Assembly (NCBI RefSeq): GCF_006345805.1 | Contig: NC_043015.1 | Location: 26,598,001 to 26,662,000, forward strand | Direction of reading: 5' to 3' | DNA length: 64,000 nucleotides | DNA from: Octopus sinensis | Taxonomy: Eukaryota | Shown here: in pieces, positions 12,331 to 27,825 of the stretch | Numbering within the stretch: position 1 is the first letter of the stretch | Layout: each line of letters begins with the position of its first letter | Position numbers and translations under genes: made by a program | The notes under the pieces: model-generated | What the model saw: only the letters and a program-made list of their open reading frames with translations | What the model was told of the DNA's origin: nothing | Database searches by the model: none

Positions 12331-13394
12331 GATATGGCTGAATCATTAGCACGCTGGACAAAATCTTTAGCGGCATATCGTTTGTCTTTTCGTTCTGAAT
12401 TTATATTACGTTTTATCCCTTCCTGGTTGATGCTGTAAGTACGAGTTTGCCACCAGTGGGACCGAAATATTACGTCTTGTGTCTCCAGTAGAATTGTTGT
12501 GAACTTTTACATTGTGGGTAATCAAATCACACGCACACGCACACACGTATTTGTGTGCGTGTGCGTGTGTGAGTGTGCACGCGAATAAAACATTAATTCG
12601 TGCTTGTTTCTTCATGGTTATGTATATTCATACAGGTATGTCTAAAAACGCGCCAATACCTCACTTTTCGCACCCTCACCCAAATATACAAAAAGTGCAG
12701 GAATACAATAGCATAAATGTATACGTATATGCATGTTCCTCTGTCTCTCCCTCTTCTGCTCACTCTCTCTCCTTCTTTCTGTTTCGTCATCCTCCTCCTC
12801 CTCCTATCTCTGTCTCTCTCTTTATGCATGTGAATGTAAAGAACTGGTGTTGGTGCTTGTATAAAACTTTGATAAGCTTCCCATTAAATGCAGGGAGAGA
12901 GAGAGAGAAAGAGAGAGAGAGACGTAGTGGATACTGGTATAACACGTTATAAAGTGGCGTGTTACTTTTGATAATGTTTAAACAAGACTAATGTGAGTGA
13001 AGTAGCTTTTGATCTTCCAATTGAGATTTCGTTGTTGTTGCTCTTTCCTTATTCTCTTTCACGTTCTTATAACTGTTGCTGTTTTTCATGTTGCTGATCT
13101 TATTTCGTTTCAGAATTTTTGTTGCAGATTATTTCTGCAGTCACTCATTATTGAATAATGATGATGGTTAGACTTTGTTGTTTTCTCTTTCCTGATTTTT
13201 TTTGCTGCTGCTGTTGTATATTACAGCCCCGATGGAACAGCCCAACAAATCAAAGACAATTCTGTCGTGACAATCCTGTCTTTACTCGATGTAGATTGAA
13301 CCTAGAATCATGTTATCCAATTTCTTTATTTTAACAATGCTAAGATGTGATGTATTGCGGTGATGTACATGTTATGCTAGTTTATATTGTATTT

Positions 13395-13444
<50 letters not shown>

Positions 13445-13637
13445 ATAATAAATATTAGGGAATAAATCCAAACTTACAGGAAAAAATCAGATTTAGGATT
13501 GAATCCAATTTTATAGTAAAATATTATATTATATTAAATTAGAGACAAAACCACTATTATGCAAATCAAACAAAGAAAGACTTAATCCAATACATAAATT
13601 AATTTATATTATTTAGAAATTTAACAATTATTAATAT

Positions 13638-13701
13638 CCACTACGATCGTTTCATGTCTTCTTTTCATCACATCTTTGAGTAGTAGACATTCTTCAGGTG
13701 G
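13638..13701 (-). ncRNA. Type I hammerhead ribozyme
   Basis: Minus strand CCAC-CTGAAGA-ATGTCT...AGACAT-GAAA-CGATCG-TA-GTGG. The core is canonical, stem I is 4 bp, stem II is 6 bp and stem III is palindromic. Confidence 0.85.
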
Positions 13702-14022
13702 TTTCAAATCTAAAATATAATCAATATTTTTAAGATATAAATAATCTATATAATCTAAAATAATAATTTACTTATAAAAACTCTATTATTAAATATGATT
13801 ATATCGAAATCGACTATAATGTTAAATATTAACTTTAATTTATAAAGTAGAAAATCCATATTCTAATATCCATTTTAGTCTATATCTACTTATATAGATA
13901 TTTGAAATGACTAATATATATAAATTATCAATGAAAAAATATATAAATATTATAATCAAGATCTAAAATAATCTCTATAAACGATAGTATATAATGAAAA
14001 CCTAATATATTTAATTTCTCAT

Positions 14023-14924
14023 ATTTAAAGATGAAATACAAAAAATATATATACATGCTCACGCTCATATATATATATGTATGTATGTATATAAACATAT
14101 ATAAATACGTACACAAACACACACACACACATATATATCTATACATACACATATACATATAGACACGGATATATTTTATAATGCAGCCCTATACTTCTAC
14201 ACATTACTTATGCATACTCGCACACACACACATACAATCACTCATTCATAAACGTATACTCTCGGCAAGACACTAACACAGAGGAGAAATAACATCCAGT
14301 AGCCGCAGATACTCAACCACATACTTATAGAAATATTCCATTCTTAGTAATATAGTATTAAATAAATACTATAAGTACTATAAAAAAAATTATGAATGGG
14401 AATAATTATCTAATATAAATTATGCTATTAAATTAAACATGGCCTAAACCATCTTTAGTCGAAACATTTAAAGATGAAATAGCTAATTTCAAAATACAAA
14501 AAATATATATACACATGCTCACGCTCATATATATATATGTATGTATGTATATAAACATATATAAATACGTAAACAAACACACACACACATATATATATAT
14601 ATCTATACATACACATATACATATAGACACGGATATATTTTATAATGCAGCCCTATACTTCTACACATTACTTATGCATACTCGCACACACACCTATACA
14701 ATCACTCAGTCACGAACGTATACACACAGCAAGACACTAACACAGAGGAGAAACAACATCCAGTAGCCGCAGATACTCAGCCACATACTTATAGAAATAT
14801 TCCATTCTTAGTAATAGAGTATTAAATAAATACTATAAGTACTATAAACAAAATTATGAATGGGGATAATTATCTAATATAAATCATGCTATTAAATTAG
14901 ACATAAACCATCTTAAGTCGAAAC
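14023..14924. repeat. Tandem duplication of about 450 bp (14023-14464 and 14465-14924) inside the Penelope 3' region
   Basis: Both units run from ATTTAAAGATGAAATA through GACACGGATATTTTT(T)ATAATGCAGCCC to AAACCATCTT.AGTCGAAAC. Confidence 0.9.
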
Positions 14925-15870
14925 CTATCTAATTTATCAAAATTTATCTAAATTATTGAATATCTAATAACATAGAAAAATACGATAAATAGATCATTAC
15001 ATAAACAACAATATTAACATAAGGAGAATATTATTACTCCTTAAGGTTTATACAATATTAAAAATTAACAATTGAAGATCTTAAAAGATACATACATTCT
15101 TGGCGAGTTTAAACTATGAACTAATTTTGAATCACAAACGTCTTATACAGCGTTAAAGAGAAAACTCATAGGATTACGTTATTAGCAAAAAATAGAATAA
15201 ATTTTTGATAAATTCTTTGCGCGTGAGGAACCAATGTTATTTAAAGATTATGAATGGAAAATTATATGTTTATCATTGTAAAAAGAATGAATTCACAAAT
15301 AAAGAATAAAATCTCTCTATACTATAATATTTATTAATAAAATAACTATGATAAATGAAACTAATACAAAATAAATTAAATGATTAAAAACCACTTATTA
15401 TTAAATAAATTCTAAAAATCTTATAAGATTAATAAATACATAAAATAAATTAATATAGTAATCCCACTACATATTATAAATTATTTCCCATACCCTTATA
15501 TCATAATCTGCGATTAGTGATCATAGCAAATCTATCTATACTAATCAAAAATTATAGTATAACCATACATACGTATACATAAATATATAAGAAAATATCC
15601 ATACATATACATGTACATATACATATATACACATATACACATATACATAAACATGTACAAATACATATATACACACATACGCATATACATACATATACAT
15701 ATACATACACATATACACATACATACTCACATACATTCATATACATATATACCCACACTTACATCCATACACATATGCACACTCATACATACATATACAT
15801 ACATACAATACTCAATATATACACCAATATATACACACCCACACCCATACTAATAAATAAATGCATATAC

Positions 15871-15903
<33 letters not shown>

Positions 15904-16461
15904 CACATCATCAAATACACATATATACAAACACACACATTCACATAAATTATAAATAAATATATATATATAAATGTCTATAATCATACTACAATACATA
16001 ATAGAGGTAAATATTAAATTAAATCTAAAAAATTAATCTACTAATCTATACTTCTATATAAAATAAAATAAAATGGATTAAGTAAACTACTAAATAAAAC
16101 TATTACAAATATAAAGAGATTACATACAAATAGATTAATATAACAAAATTATAATTTAACTAAATTATAATAAAATATAACAAAATTTTAACAAAATTAT
16201 AAAATAAATAAAGAAAAAAATAAATAAATAAAATTGTAACTTACCAGACTCAATATTCAATAAGCCATTAAATATTTATTATTCAGTAATAAAATATTTA
16301 TTAATACAATGAAAAACCATCTATAATCTAACTATAATTAAAAACAGAACCTAAATAACTAAAATAAATTATTATAATACGTACTACAAATCACTTAATA
16401 TATCTATAATACTAGAACATAAACCAAAAATAGGGAGCTATTTAAGGCTAATAAAAAATTA

Positions 16462-17106
16462 TTATTTATCAAGAAACTTATTATATAAGTAAAGTAACTT
16501 GTGTCTGCATTTTATTTTGCGTTCATCACCAGTATTCAGTAAATTATCATGCTTATAGAATAAAATTTCCTTAAACTCATTAGAGCACAAATAACAAAAA
16601 TTCGCTCCTATAGTATATGATTTAGTTTTACTAATTATTTCCCAAGATAAATTATAATTAATATTTTGGGATTTAAGTCTCCAAATGTACTTGCTAAGTC
16701 CAGTGGAGTTGATTAAGTTTTTATTTTTAAAAGAATTCAAATGTTGTGCGATTCTTAATTTTATTTTAGAGGAAGTGGACCCTATATATATCGCGTTTGA
16801 GTTATTATTATTCTTAAAATTCTTATCATGTAATGTAACTATACATTTATACTCTACATCATTAATATCACATTTATTATTTAATTTACATTTAGATTTA
16901 TCTCTACATGTACAGTTAATTAGTGTCTTGTCTTTATTATAGGTATTATTATATAATTTATTTTTATAAAAATTATTTAGTTTAAATTTGTTAAAAGAAG
17001 AAATAATGTTACCTACACTATTAGTGGTGGAATAATTATTACTAGAGAAAATTATTACTAGAGAAAATGTTTTTATATTTACGATTATCTCGAATAAATA
17101 GTTCAA
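16462..17106 (-). pseudogene. Penelope-type GIY-YIG endonuclease domain with Cys-rich flanks (Neptune-like)
   Basis: CTCRDKSKCKLNNKC..VEYKC...IYIGST...RIAQH..SF...LSKYIW.LK...WEII...CYLCSNE...LLN...CRHK. It is frameshifted relative to the upstream RT part. Confidence 0.85.
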
Positions 17107-17322
17107 TAATATCTAATATCTCTTTAATAATATTCGTTTTAACTTGAGCACCATAAGAAACTATTAACCAAATTTTATTCTTATTTACCTTCTTATTATT
17201 AAAACTGTCATTATTATTGTTGTAATTATATTTCTTTATCATATTAATATTATTACTATTATCAGATTTATATCTATGTACAACATTTAAAGAATTATTA
17301 AAGTTATTAATTTTATTTTTAC

Positions 17323-17397
<75 letters not shown>

Positions 17398-17730
17398 TTT
17401 ATTTTTATTTTTATTCTTATTTTTATTTATATTATTTTTATTTTTAAAATTTCTAAAATTTTTACCACTATTACTAACAAAATTATTATAATTATTATTA
17501 ATATTTTTATCTCTAAAATTGTTAGTTATATCTTTATCATTATTTTTATTATAAAATTTAATATTACTATTATAACCTGCCTCTCTAAGGGCCTCATTAT
17601 AATAAGGAGCATGTTTATTAAAAATCTCTATATCATAAGAAAGTAATGATATACGTTTACTTATATTATTAATCAACGATTTTTTAATTGAAGGTGGGTG
17701 ATTACTATTAACATTTATATATCTAAGAAT

Positions 17731-18640
17731 ATCTGGAATTTTCCAGCATTATAGGTGTAGGTAGTATTTGTAAACTTCAGGGTACAGGTTTGTTCTTGCA
17801 AAGTCATCATTTTGACACAGTTCAAAAAATGCCATTAGTGATGTATTCTTAGGGGTTTCAGCCAGTTCTCTTGCATTTACTTCTGTGAAGTAAACTCTTT
17901 TCCATTTTCCAAGGGAATTGACAGGTGCTGAACTGAAGGCCTTTGGTCATGAATTGGAAAACTAAGAATCCGCCAGTCAGCCTCATTGGAAGAGATGTAT
18001 AGAACCATGTGAAACTTTTGAAATTCATTTTGATTTTCCAGACAAAATACTGCTTGGTCACTTCCTTCGTTAATGTATTTACATCCATATTTAATTGACT
18101 TGATACTGTTGAAGTACTCTATATTTACGTGAATAACAAATGCTTTGCTGAGCAGTGGACAAAAAAGAACAACCCACCGACCGATTGTTAATGACATTTT
18201 CTTGTCCTCTTTTATGCAGAGTGAAAGTGTGACCTCCATTTTCTGGCTTTCTTCTTTTGTATTTTGGATAGCTACCATTATCAGACTAAGTCTCTTTGGC
18301 AAACTCCTTTGGAAAGTCTTTGCCACATTTCTTGTCAGTCATGCAAAGAGATTCGAGATTGAAAGAACCACATAGGCTATGAATCATGTTTTCCTTTTCT
18401 TTTTTTTTTTGGTGATTTCAAAAGGGACTGGATTTTCAATGGGATTTGGAAGCTCAGCTCCGATGACAGCATCAATTTGATTTGGATTGATTTTTTCTTT
18501 GACCCAAGCCAATAGATTACAATGAGGTAGTCCTCTTTTCTGTCACTCAATTGTGCATATGTGAGCCCTTACTGTTCCCAAAACTTGTCATTTCCTAATT
18601 AGATTCAACAGCTTGTCAACTTTCAGCTGAAATACATTCA
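17731..18640 (-). mobile_element. Helitron Rep (HUH) domain remnant
   Basis: QKRGLPHCNLL (motif 2), YPKYKRR, HVNIEYFNSIKSIKYGCKYINEGSDQ (motif 3) and YISSNEADWRILSFPIH, with frameshifts and stops. Confidence 0.85.
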
Positions 18641-19442
18641 CTTTCGAGTTTATTATTATAGAATAGAAAGAAGAGAAGACATGGATGTTTAATTGTGTGA
18701 AAACTTTATTTCAATTAAAGTGCATTATGTGTGTTTGTGTGTGTGTGTGTATGTGTGTGTGTGTGTGTGTGTAGAACGTTAGAGTGGTGTAAAGATATTG
18801 AGAAGAGAGGAGGTCACCAGAATTCTGTTTGTTTTTGATTTTTTTTTGGAGGGGGGTGAGGTTCCAGGACAATGGAGATAGATAGATAGATAGATAGACA
18901 AATAGATAGACAAATAGATAGACAAATAGATAGACAGACATATAGATAGGTAGAGAGGTGAGGGATTTCTTTTAAATTTCGAATGTTTTTACCATTTATT
19001 TATTTAGTTTGTTTTTTTACCGTTGTATAGCTACGGGCATGCGACATGAGTTCAAGGATGGTAACCTCTTTTAGGATGGGGAAAAATAATGAAAAAATGG
19101 ATGGGGTGCAGTCGTCACTAAAAGCATTTTTACCTTAAAGTGCCAACAAGTAAAAATAAGAACTTCTATGTAAAAATTAAATATATATACATGTGTGTGT
19201 GCGTGTGCGCGCGCGTGTGTGTGTGTGTGTGCGTGTGTGTGTGTGTGCATGTGAGTTCATGTGTTTGGAAATATGTCTACATCTACACTGTTTTGTACTA
19301 AAAAATACATTCAGTTTTCATTTAATTTCATGTTTTTGCATGAACGAACATTGGTGCAATATTTACAAATTAGAAAAATACGTAAAGTTAGAATATCCCA
19401 AATGTTATATATATAAACCAGAATATTTTATATGTATATATG

Positions 19443-19533
<91 letters not shown>

Positions 19534-19538
19534 ATATG

Positions 19539-19596
<58 letters not shown>

Positions 19597-22339
19597 CATA
19601 TACGTACATATATATGTATGTATTAAAGAAAGCAAAAATTATTTTAAATGATAGTGTTCAGTACGCTCGTTCAGTATGTTGGCCACAGGAATTTCTTTCA
19701 ATGTGGCATGGTTAAACAAAGTTGTGCATCATCTCTCTCTTTCTCCCAGACACTCACTCTTCCTCTCTTTGTTATCATTACTCTTACCCCAGCACGAGGA
19801 ATAGTACAAGTGTCATTGAATAAATAGAGAGGGGTTCAAAGTGAGGTACACTGACGCGCAGAAATTAGTTTTCGGTTTTATTATATTAGACGTGTATATA
19901 TGTATATATATATATATATATATACGTGTTTGTCTGTCCGTGCGTATATGAGTGTGTGTCAAAACATGAATTTGGGTGGAAACCTGGCCCCTGTACTCGC
20001 TCTAAATTCATATATAGTTAGACATTTTGAGTTGGTTTTATATTAGTGTGTTTCTGTGTTTTCTAATATTACTATAAATATATATCTGTAATAATTTCTA
20101 GCCATCAACACCTTAGGAAATAGAAAATATCTGTGCCCACTTAAAGAATACTGTAATAGAATATTGTTCCATTATTCAAGCTGCCGGCATCATTCCTTCG
20201 GCTGTTCTCCGTCTCTTGTTTCTGTGGCCCTCTTAAAGATTGTCGCTCAGGCTCATTGTGTTTATATTCCTCTAATGCAGTGAAGAACAGAGGAAGAACA
20301 AGAGAGAAAGGGAAAAAGAAATAAGAAGGAATGAAAGTGAAAAAGAAAGGAAGAAAGAAAGAAAATGAATGAAAGATAAGAGTGAATCTAAAGGAGGAAA
20401 TGAAAGAATTTATCCGTAAATGACCGAAGAATCAGAGAAATTAATGAGTTTAGGCTATAAAGGTCTTTACGCGAGATTTGAAGAAGCGGAGTAAAAGTTG
20501 TGATTTTCGTATGAGTGCGTATGCGTTTGTACATATGTGTGTATGTGAGAAAGAGATGGAGAAAGAGAGTGTCTATGTGAGTGTTATTGTGTGTGCGCGT
20601 GTGGGTGGGTGTATTTGCATGTATGCATATGTATGTAGAGGAGAGTGTTGAAATTTGCCTGAAGCTTCTGTTTACGCAATATGAACAATTTCAGTGAGTT
20701 TTAAACTCTAAAATACAGAGTGTCTTAGCCATGAAGATCTCTGCTTGTTAGGAATCGCTTTCCCCAGTGTACCTTTCCCTAGCGGCAGAAAATAAGCGAA
20801 ATAATACCATCCTTAGAGTACAAGTGCTGCGTAGATGGTATAGCTTTTTCAGAGAAATATACTTTACTGGTGTAAATTCAGTTTAGTTGTATAATTAACC
20901 CCTTGTATACAGGTTATATTATCGTATTTCTTAGACTGACAATGAACATTTCAGCGGTCAAATACGGCAACCTTTGTTGGATTTATTATGTTTAAAAGAA
21001 TTTCGAGCTTTACCCAAAGTGACAGAGAAATGATGCTTGAGGGTTGAATGAGAACCTTTTGTCTGCAAACTCAAGCTAGTCGCTCTTCAGAGATGACAGT
21101 CGGACAAGAGTTTCAGTTTCTAAAAGTGAAAAATATTTGTATTATTTGAATAATTTTAACATTTATTATTTATATGTTTATGTAGATATATTTTCTTTTT
21201 CTTTACAGAAGAAATGTAATCCCAATATTTAAATAAAGTTTTCCAGTTTAAACTAAATAAACATGAAAGCACTAGACAAATATGTGATTTCTTTTACAAT
21301 ATGAACTTTTTCAGAAGTAGAGAATATTTTTGGAAGTAGAAAGTAGAGCAATCATTGTTTCTCTGAAAGTTAATATAACAAAGCTGTAATTTGGTTAACT
21401 AGCAAATTGGATTACTTTGAAATGGACGGATATAAGTTCACAATGTCGAATTGAAGGAACTTCTTTTTATATTTCAAATACTGTTGAAACATTGGATTAG
21501 TGCTTGGATATTTTTCTGTGGCTGGATATTAGTATCGCTTATATTATTTTAGGCGTTGTGAATACTTTCCTATTGATAAATCTCATTTTGGATTTGAAGG
21601 GATTAGCGTACATTAGGGATTAGAGACTAAGTCTTCATCATGGTGATTTAGTATAACGAAGGCTTCACATTTAGCTGGTATCTCTTTCTGATAACTACTC
21701 AGATTGTGTGTTATTTTTATCAAATTTTTCATGCTTACTATTTAGCAGTCTATGTGAAGAAGTGGTGGATTGGTTGACTCGTTAGAAATTGTAGAATAAA
21801 TAACTTGCAGTATTTTTTCAAGGTTCGCTTCCTGTCAGATTTAGTTATCATCCTAGCAGGATCAATAAATAATACTAATCCAATCATATACAGAATTAGA
21901 TGTAATCGATTAACCAACTTCTCCAAAATGTCACACTTTGTGGGTGGTCCTACTACACACATTATAAATTTATAAACTAGTTTTTCAATTAAATCTGGTT
22001 AATTTGTTCATTAATGAATGTTCGTAGTTTATTTCCCATAGATTCTCTGTCTTATAGGGAAAAAATAAACATTTTAATAGAATTTCCAAGACTCTTCAAG
22101 GCGGATGTAAATATTGTCCAAAAGAGGTCACCGATGCTTTGGAGTTTGAAGTTTCTTAATTTATTAAGAAAGCTTGCTGGAACATAGCTTAAGGCATTAA
22201 TCATAATGGGTAGTTGCAAGATGTGAAACATAGAGGCAAATAAACTCTATTATTATGCCCGCGGATAAAGCGGTTAGCAGACAAAATCAGTAACATGCCT
22301 GACAAAATGCCTAGCGACATTCCTTCCGGCTCTTTACGT

Positions 22340-22613
22340 TGTGTGTGTGTGTGTGTGTGTGTGCGTGTGTGTGTATGTGCGTGTGTGTGTGTGTGCGTGT
22401 GTGTGTGTCTGTGTGTGTGCGTGTGTGCGTGTGTGCGTGTGTGCGTGTGTGTATGTGTGCGCGCGTGTTGTGTGTGTGTGCGTGTGTGTGTGTGTGCGTA
22501 TGTGTGTCTGTGTGTGTGCGTGTGTGCGTGTGTGCGTGTGTGTATGTGTGCGCGCGTGTGTGTGTGTGTGTGTGCGTGTGTGTGTGTGTGCGTGTGTGTG
22601 TGTGTGTGTGTGT
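22340..22613. repeat. (GT/GC)n microsatellite
   Basis: Seen directly. It follows a degenerate SINE head at about 22265-22340. Confidence 0.95.
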
Positions 22614-23187
22614 AAGTACATAAGCCGGGAGGTTTGCCGCCGCAGAAAGAGTAAAGAGTACCAACGAATATTTCCTTTCTATCGCAGAGCAGTGATTCTT
22701 TCTGGCCGCTTTATTTATTCACGTTAGTCTTCTCATTGCTCCAAGTAACTTACCTGTTGTATTATTTTACGTCTTCCTGCGTTACTCTATGGTGTTCCAT
22801 GTGCTACGCTAATGCCAAAGGTAGTTAACAGCTCGAATAGAGAACTAAGGGGGAGAAAGAGACTTTAAGAGAGAGAGAAGGAGAAGGTCTGTATTATTCG
22901 GCATTTTCGTGTTCAAATCGCAGGCACAGTCGAAATGGTTAAATACAGTGAAACAATGTGACGAATATTTTGTAAACGCATGCGTTAGAAAATATTTCGA
23001 TAATTAAATTAAAGTGAAATAACCATAACAAATAGCTGAGGGTGTTACGCTTTTATCCTTTTCATATTGCAGACCAGAGGCTGTGGCAATGCACGGGCAA
23101 CAACATTATTCGTTTATTTTTTCTATTTACTTTAAATATCGATATTATGAGAGTAGAGAGATAGATAAGGGAATGTGCATATGACAT

Positions 23188-23247
<60 letters not shown>

Positions 23248-24285
23248 GTTAGAAACTTTGTGGTGGTTGGAGAGCGAAAAGTTTTATGTTATGTATACAA
23301 ATAAGTTTTATTATTCTAATTCATCTTTTATTTCCTTAAACTATATGGCACATCATATCTGTCAAGCATATTAAAAGAAGGAATATAAAAAATACCTTCT
23401 AAGTTCATTTCGATTGTATTTGAAAGTACAGTTTTGATTAACTGGCAGGATTTCAAAAGAATTCTGAAACCGGTGAAATCAATGTAAATACATATTTCTT
23501 CTTACTACTACACATGTGGAGGAAAATTTGACTTTTCTGTGTGTATTGGTATGCAAAGATATACTACAAACACACATAGTGCCTGTGTACGCGTATTTAC
23601 TAACATGGTGAATTACACCCTTTCATGTAAATCAGTAAATAGCTGTTCGCTACCGAAAAATCGATAAAAGAAATACTAGATTTAAATTATTTGCGGTAGC
23701 TATATAAGAGTCTTAAATCCCATTGTAGGCGGCATCTATTCTCGAGACATGGCACTAACTAAAACCAATAACAGAATGACTGATAAGAGTTTAAGACGAA
23801 TCGTGGCAGATACAAGAGCATGTCCAACTGAGATAAAAGCTAATAGGGTCGTCTAGTCAGTTGATATTAGCCAATACCATTAATACTAAAAATATCCCAC
23901 TTTATTAGTGCCATAATTATACAAACCCTCGAGACAATATATGATCCATGCTGTGAAGTTATAAGGGCAAGTAACTTTCGGCTAAGAAGAAAACCTGCTG
24001 CGACGTTGTTACATTAACATTCGGAAGATGGAGGTGAAAATATTCTGTGGAAGATGCATTTACTTTTAGTGGGAATAACATTGCAAATAAACAACAAACA
24101 TTAATATGAGAGAAAATAATAGTAATGTCTTACGGAGCAAGTGTAATGAAGTAGGTGGGGAGTAGAAGGACATTATAAGACGTCGAAGGTAAAAATATAT
24201 AAGCAAATTAAATAAACGAATGAGCGAAATGCCTCTTTTAGTCTATAACATACATACATGCCTATATATACATATATACATATAC

Positions 24286-24324
<39 letters not shown>

Positions 24325-24396
24325 ATAACACACACACACGCACGCACGCACACACATACATACATACATACATACATACATTCATACATACATACT

Positions 24397-24439
<43 letters not shown>

Positions 24440-25090
24440 TAATATATATAACAACTTGTTGATTCCGACTCATTCATTCATACATATATTCATTAATGTA
24501 CACAAACTTGGAGCTCTATTGAAAGTGAAAAATAAATATCACAGAATGGTATATCATTGATAAGAATTGTCAAAGAAATCTTCAGCATAATACAAGATAT
24601 ATAGAGAAACTTAGAATGGCGTAGAAGGGTGGAGGCTGGGGTCGGCGCATGAGGTAATGTTTAAATATTAAAAAAAAACATGTATGAAGAAAAACAAAAA
24701 ATATATATAATAATAAATAATATAAAAATAAAGCCTGCAGTAGGTTTTAATGTATTGCAGTTTAATGAAAGAGATAAAAATAAAATATTAGAATATCTAA
24801 GAGAAACACAAAAAAATCACTGAGAATTTAACCAATAAAAAATATAGAAGGCAACTGAATATAATACAGTGATAGAAAATAATTTCGCACACAGCCATTT
24901 TACAGAATAACCACGCCGTCATCGTTACCACCACCACCAGCTCAGCCGCCATAACCAACAATTTCATTTATTCAATTCAGAGATCAAAATAATAAATGCA
25001 ATGACAGAAATTAAAAACTGGGAAAAGAAATAGAGCAACGGAGCAACATATTTTTTAACGATAATAAGGATAATGATAATGATGATGATG

Positions 25091-25166
<76 letters not shown>

Positions 25167-25264
25167 GAACACTAATACAACTAAAAATAACAGCAAAAAT
25201 AATAATAACAATAATCATGGTTGAAATTATGATACTGGTAATAACAACAGAAATTGTGATGGTC

Positions 25265-25311
<47 letters not shown>

Positions 25312-25483
25312 AATTTGTGATACGAAAAGAAATTGACAAAAGGTGGAAGGTTGAGTTAAAACAACGTGAAAAAGGTTATTCATCATTGTAATAGTAATAA
25401 GAATAAAAAGCGTTATATGCATAAATTCATGTACACACACACACTCTCACACACACACATACACATATATGTATTATGCATGT

Positions 25484-25516
<33 letters not shown>

Positions 25517-25524
25517 GTTTATAT

Positions 25525-25610
<86 letters not shown>

Positions 25611-25691
25611 GTGTTTATATGTGTAGGTATATATATATATATATACCTACACATATAAACACGTTTATGTATTTCTGTTGCATGTACATAT

Positions 25692-25729
<38 letters not shown>

Positions 25730-26071
25730 GTATATGTGTATGTGTGCGCGCACGCCAGAGTGTGTGTGTGGAAGCAGGAACGCGGTGAAATCTAGGGACA
25801 TAAATGATGTAATATATCGTGACATGTGCTTAAGGAGATAAATAAAACGCTGAACATAGAGATATATGAGAAAATTGAAAGGTAATTATGAAGTGAAATA
25901 TGTTCAGGGAGAATTAGAATAGGAGACGGAGAAAGAACGCCGAGTACAAAATGGAGCGATTTTGCAAGTTGAATAATCTGGCTGAAAGATGATAATGTAG
26001 ATAATAATAATAATAATAATGATAATAACAATAATAATAATAATAATAAGAAGAAGAAGAAGAATACATAC

Positions 26072-26124
<53 letters not shown>

Positions 26125-26169
26125 GAATGTATATATATGTATATATACATGAATGTATATATATGTATA

Positions 26170-26243
<74 letters not shown>

Positions 26244-26662
26244 TATATATAAAATACGTAATAACATGCATACTTAGCGATGTTTTATTGACAAAGAGAG
26301 CCTAAGAAATGTTCTTGCATATAACGAAATAATATGTGGAAAGAATTAGCTTATAATATAAGGTGGAGACGAAATATGCATGACCATACCAACGAATAAG
26401 TCTTCTGTAACGGAAAATAAGTTACGAGAACTGCAACTCTCATCAAGCGATGTACAATGACACAAAGATGCCAGTTACTCGAGATCCGATATAAAGATAC
26501 TGAGAACGAATTCTCCAAGAAACGGATAACCTCTTTTTCAACCACATGAAACTATATTTCGTGTAAAATCTCTGTCAAAGTGTTCGACGAGGGATTAAAT
26601 TCTGAGGGAGAATACATTCTGCAAATAATGCAGTTAAGGACTTATAACAAATATGCAAACGA

Positions 26663-26671
26663 ATAGATAGA

Positions 26672-26735
<64 letters not shown>

Positions 26736-26772
26736 GACAGAGACAGAGACAGAGACAGACAGACAGACAGAC

Positions 26773-26837
<65 letters not shown>

Positions 26838-26838
26838 T

Positions 26839-26872
<34 letters not shown>

Positions 26873-26885
26873 TAGATAGATAGAT

Positions 26886-26941
<56 letters not shown>

Positions 26942-26978
26942 TAGACAGACAGAGACAGAGACAGACAGACAGACAGAC

Positions 26979-27023
<45 letters not shown>

Positions 27024-27024
27024 T

Positions 27025-27066
<42 letters not shown>

Positions 27067-27075
27067 TAGATAGAT

Positions 27076-27134
<59 letters not shown>

Positions 27135-27135
27135 G

Positions 27136-27176
<41 letters not shown>

Positions 27177-27177
27177 T

Positions 27178-27219
<42 letters not shown>

Positions 27220-27228
27220 TAGATAGAT

Positions 27229-27287
<59 letters not shown>

Positions 27288-27316
27288 AGATAGATAGATA
27301 GATAATATAGATAGAT

Positions 27317-27385
<69 letters not shown>

Positions 27386-27455
27386 TATAATGGATGGATG
27401 GATGGATAAATGGATAGATAGATGGATGGATAGACAGACAGATAGATAGATAGAT
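26663..27455. repeat. About 790-bp compound (GATA)/(GACA)n array
   Basis: Seen directly. Confidence 0.97.
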
Positions 27456-27825
27456 ATGTTTCTTTATTAGCCACACAGGGCTGCACACAGACAGGACAAA
27501 TTACAAGTTAGAGCTTTTCTTTTGGGGGTAAAAAAAGGGGGGTTGGTTTTCGATCAAAAGGGATCGTAAAAGAAAAGAAAGAGGACAAAAAAAGGGGAGG
27601 ATAAATTTTTTTTTTAAAGGAGGGGGAAGGGAAAGGAAAAAAATTGATCAATAGGGATCGTTATCACAGAAATGTCAATATGAAGTGTAAAGGGGAGGAC
27701 AGGTGAGGTTTACCTGTAGAAAGAAAAGCCTACGGAAAAGACCACGGTAACCTCGGTCAATGACGTCACATGTTATATATTGTTTTTTTTGCAAATAAGC
27801 AACTCTCTGTATTAATTTTTACGGT

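Larger units (their letters stand above)
13448..17730 (-). mobile_element. 5'-truncated, extremely AT-rich Penelope-like element: RT C-terminus, GIY-YIG endonuclease, about 3-kb 3' region ending in a hammerhead
   Basis: YINVNSNHPPSIKKS..NNISKRISLLS...YYNEALREAGY (17287-17730); GIY-YIG ORF at 16462-17106; hammerhead at 13638-13701; ends at (TA)n. Confidence 0.85.

Noticed and set aside
26575-27488. Long ORFs of 303 and 284 aa (YLSI repeats)
   Set aside because: These are translations of the (GATA)n array. The same applies to the YI, HT, CV, poly-I, poly-L and poly-F ORFs across the window.
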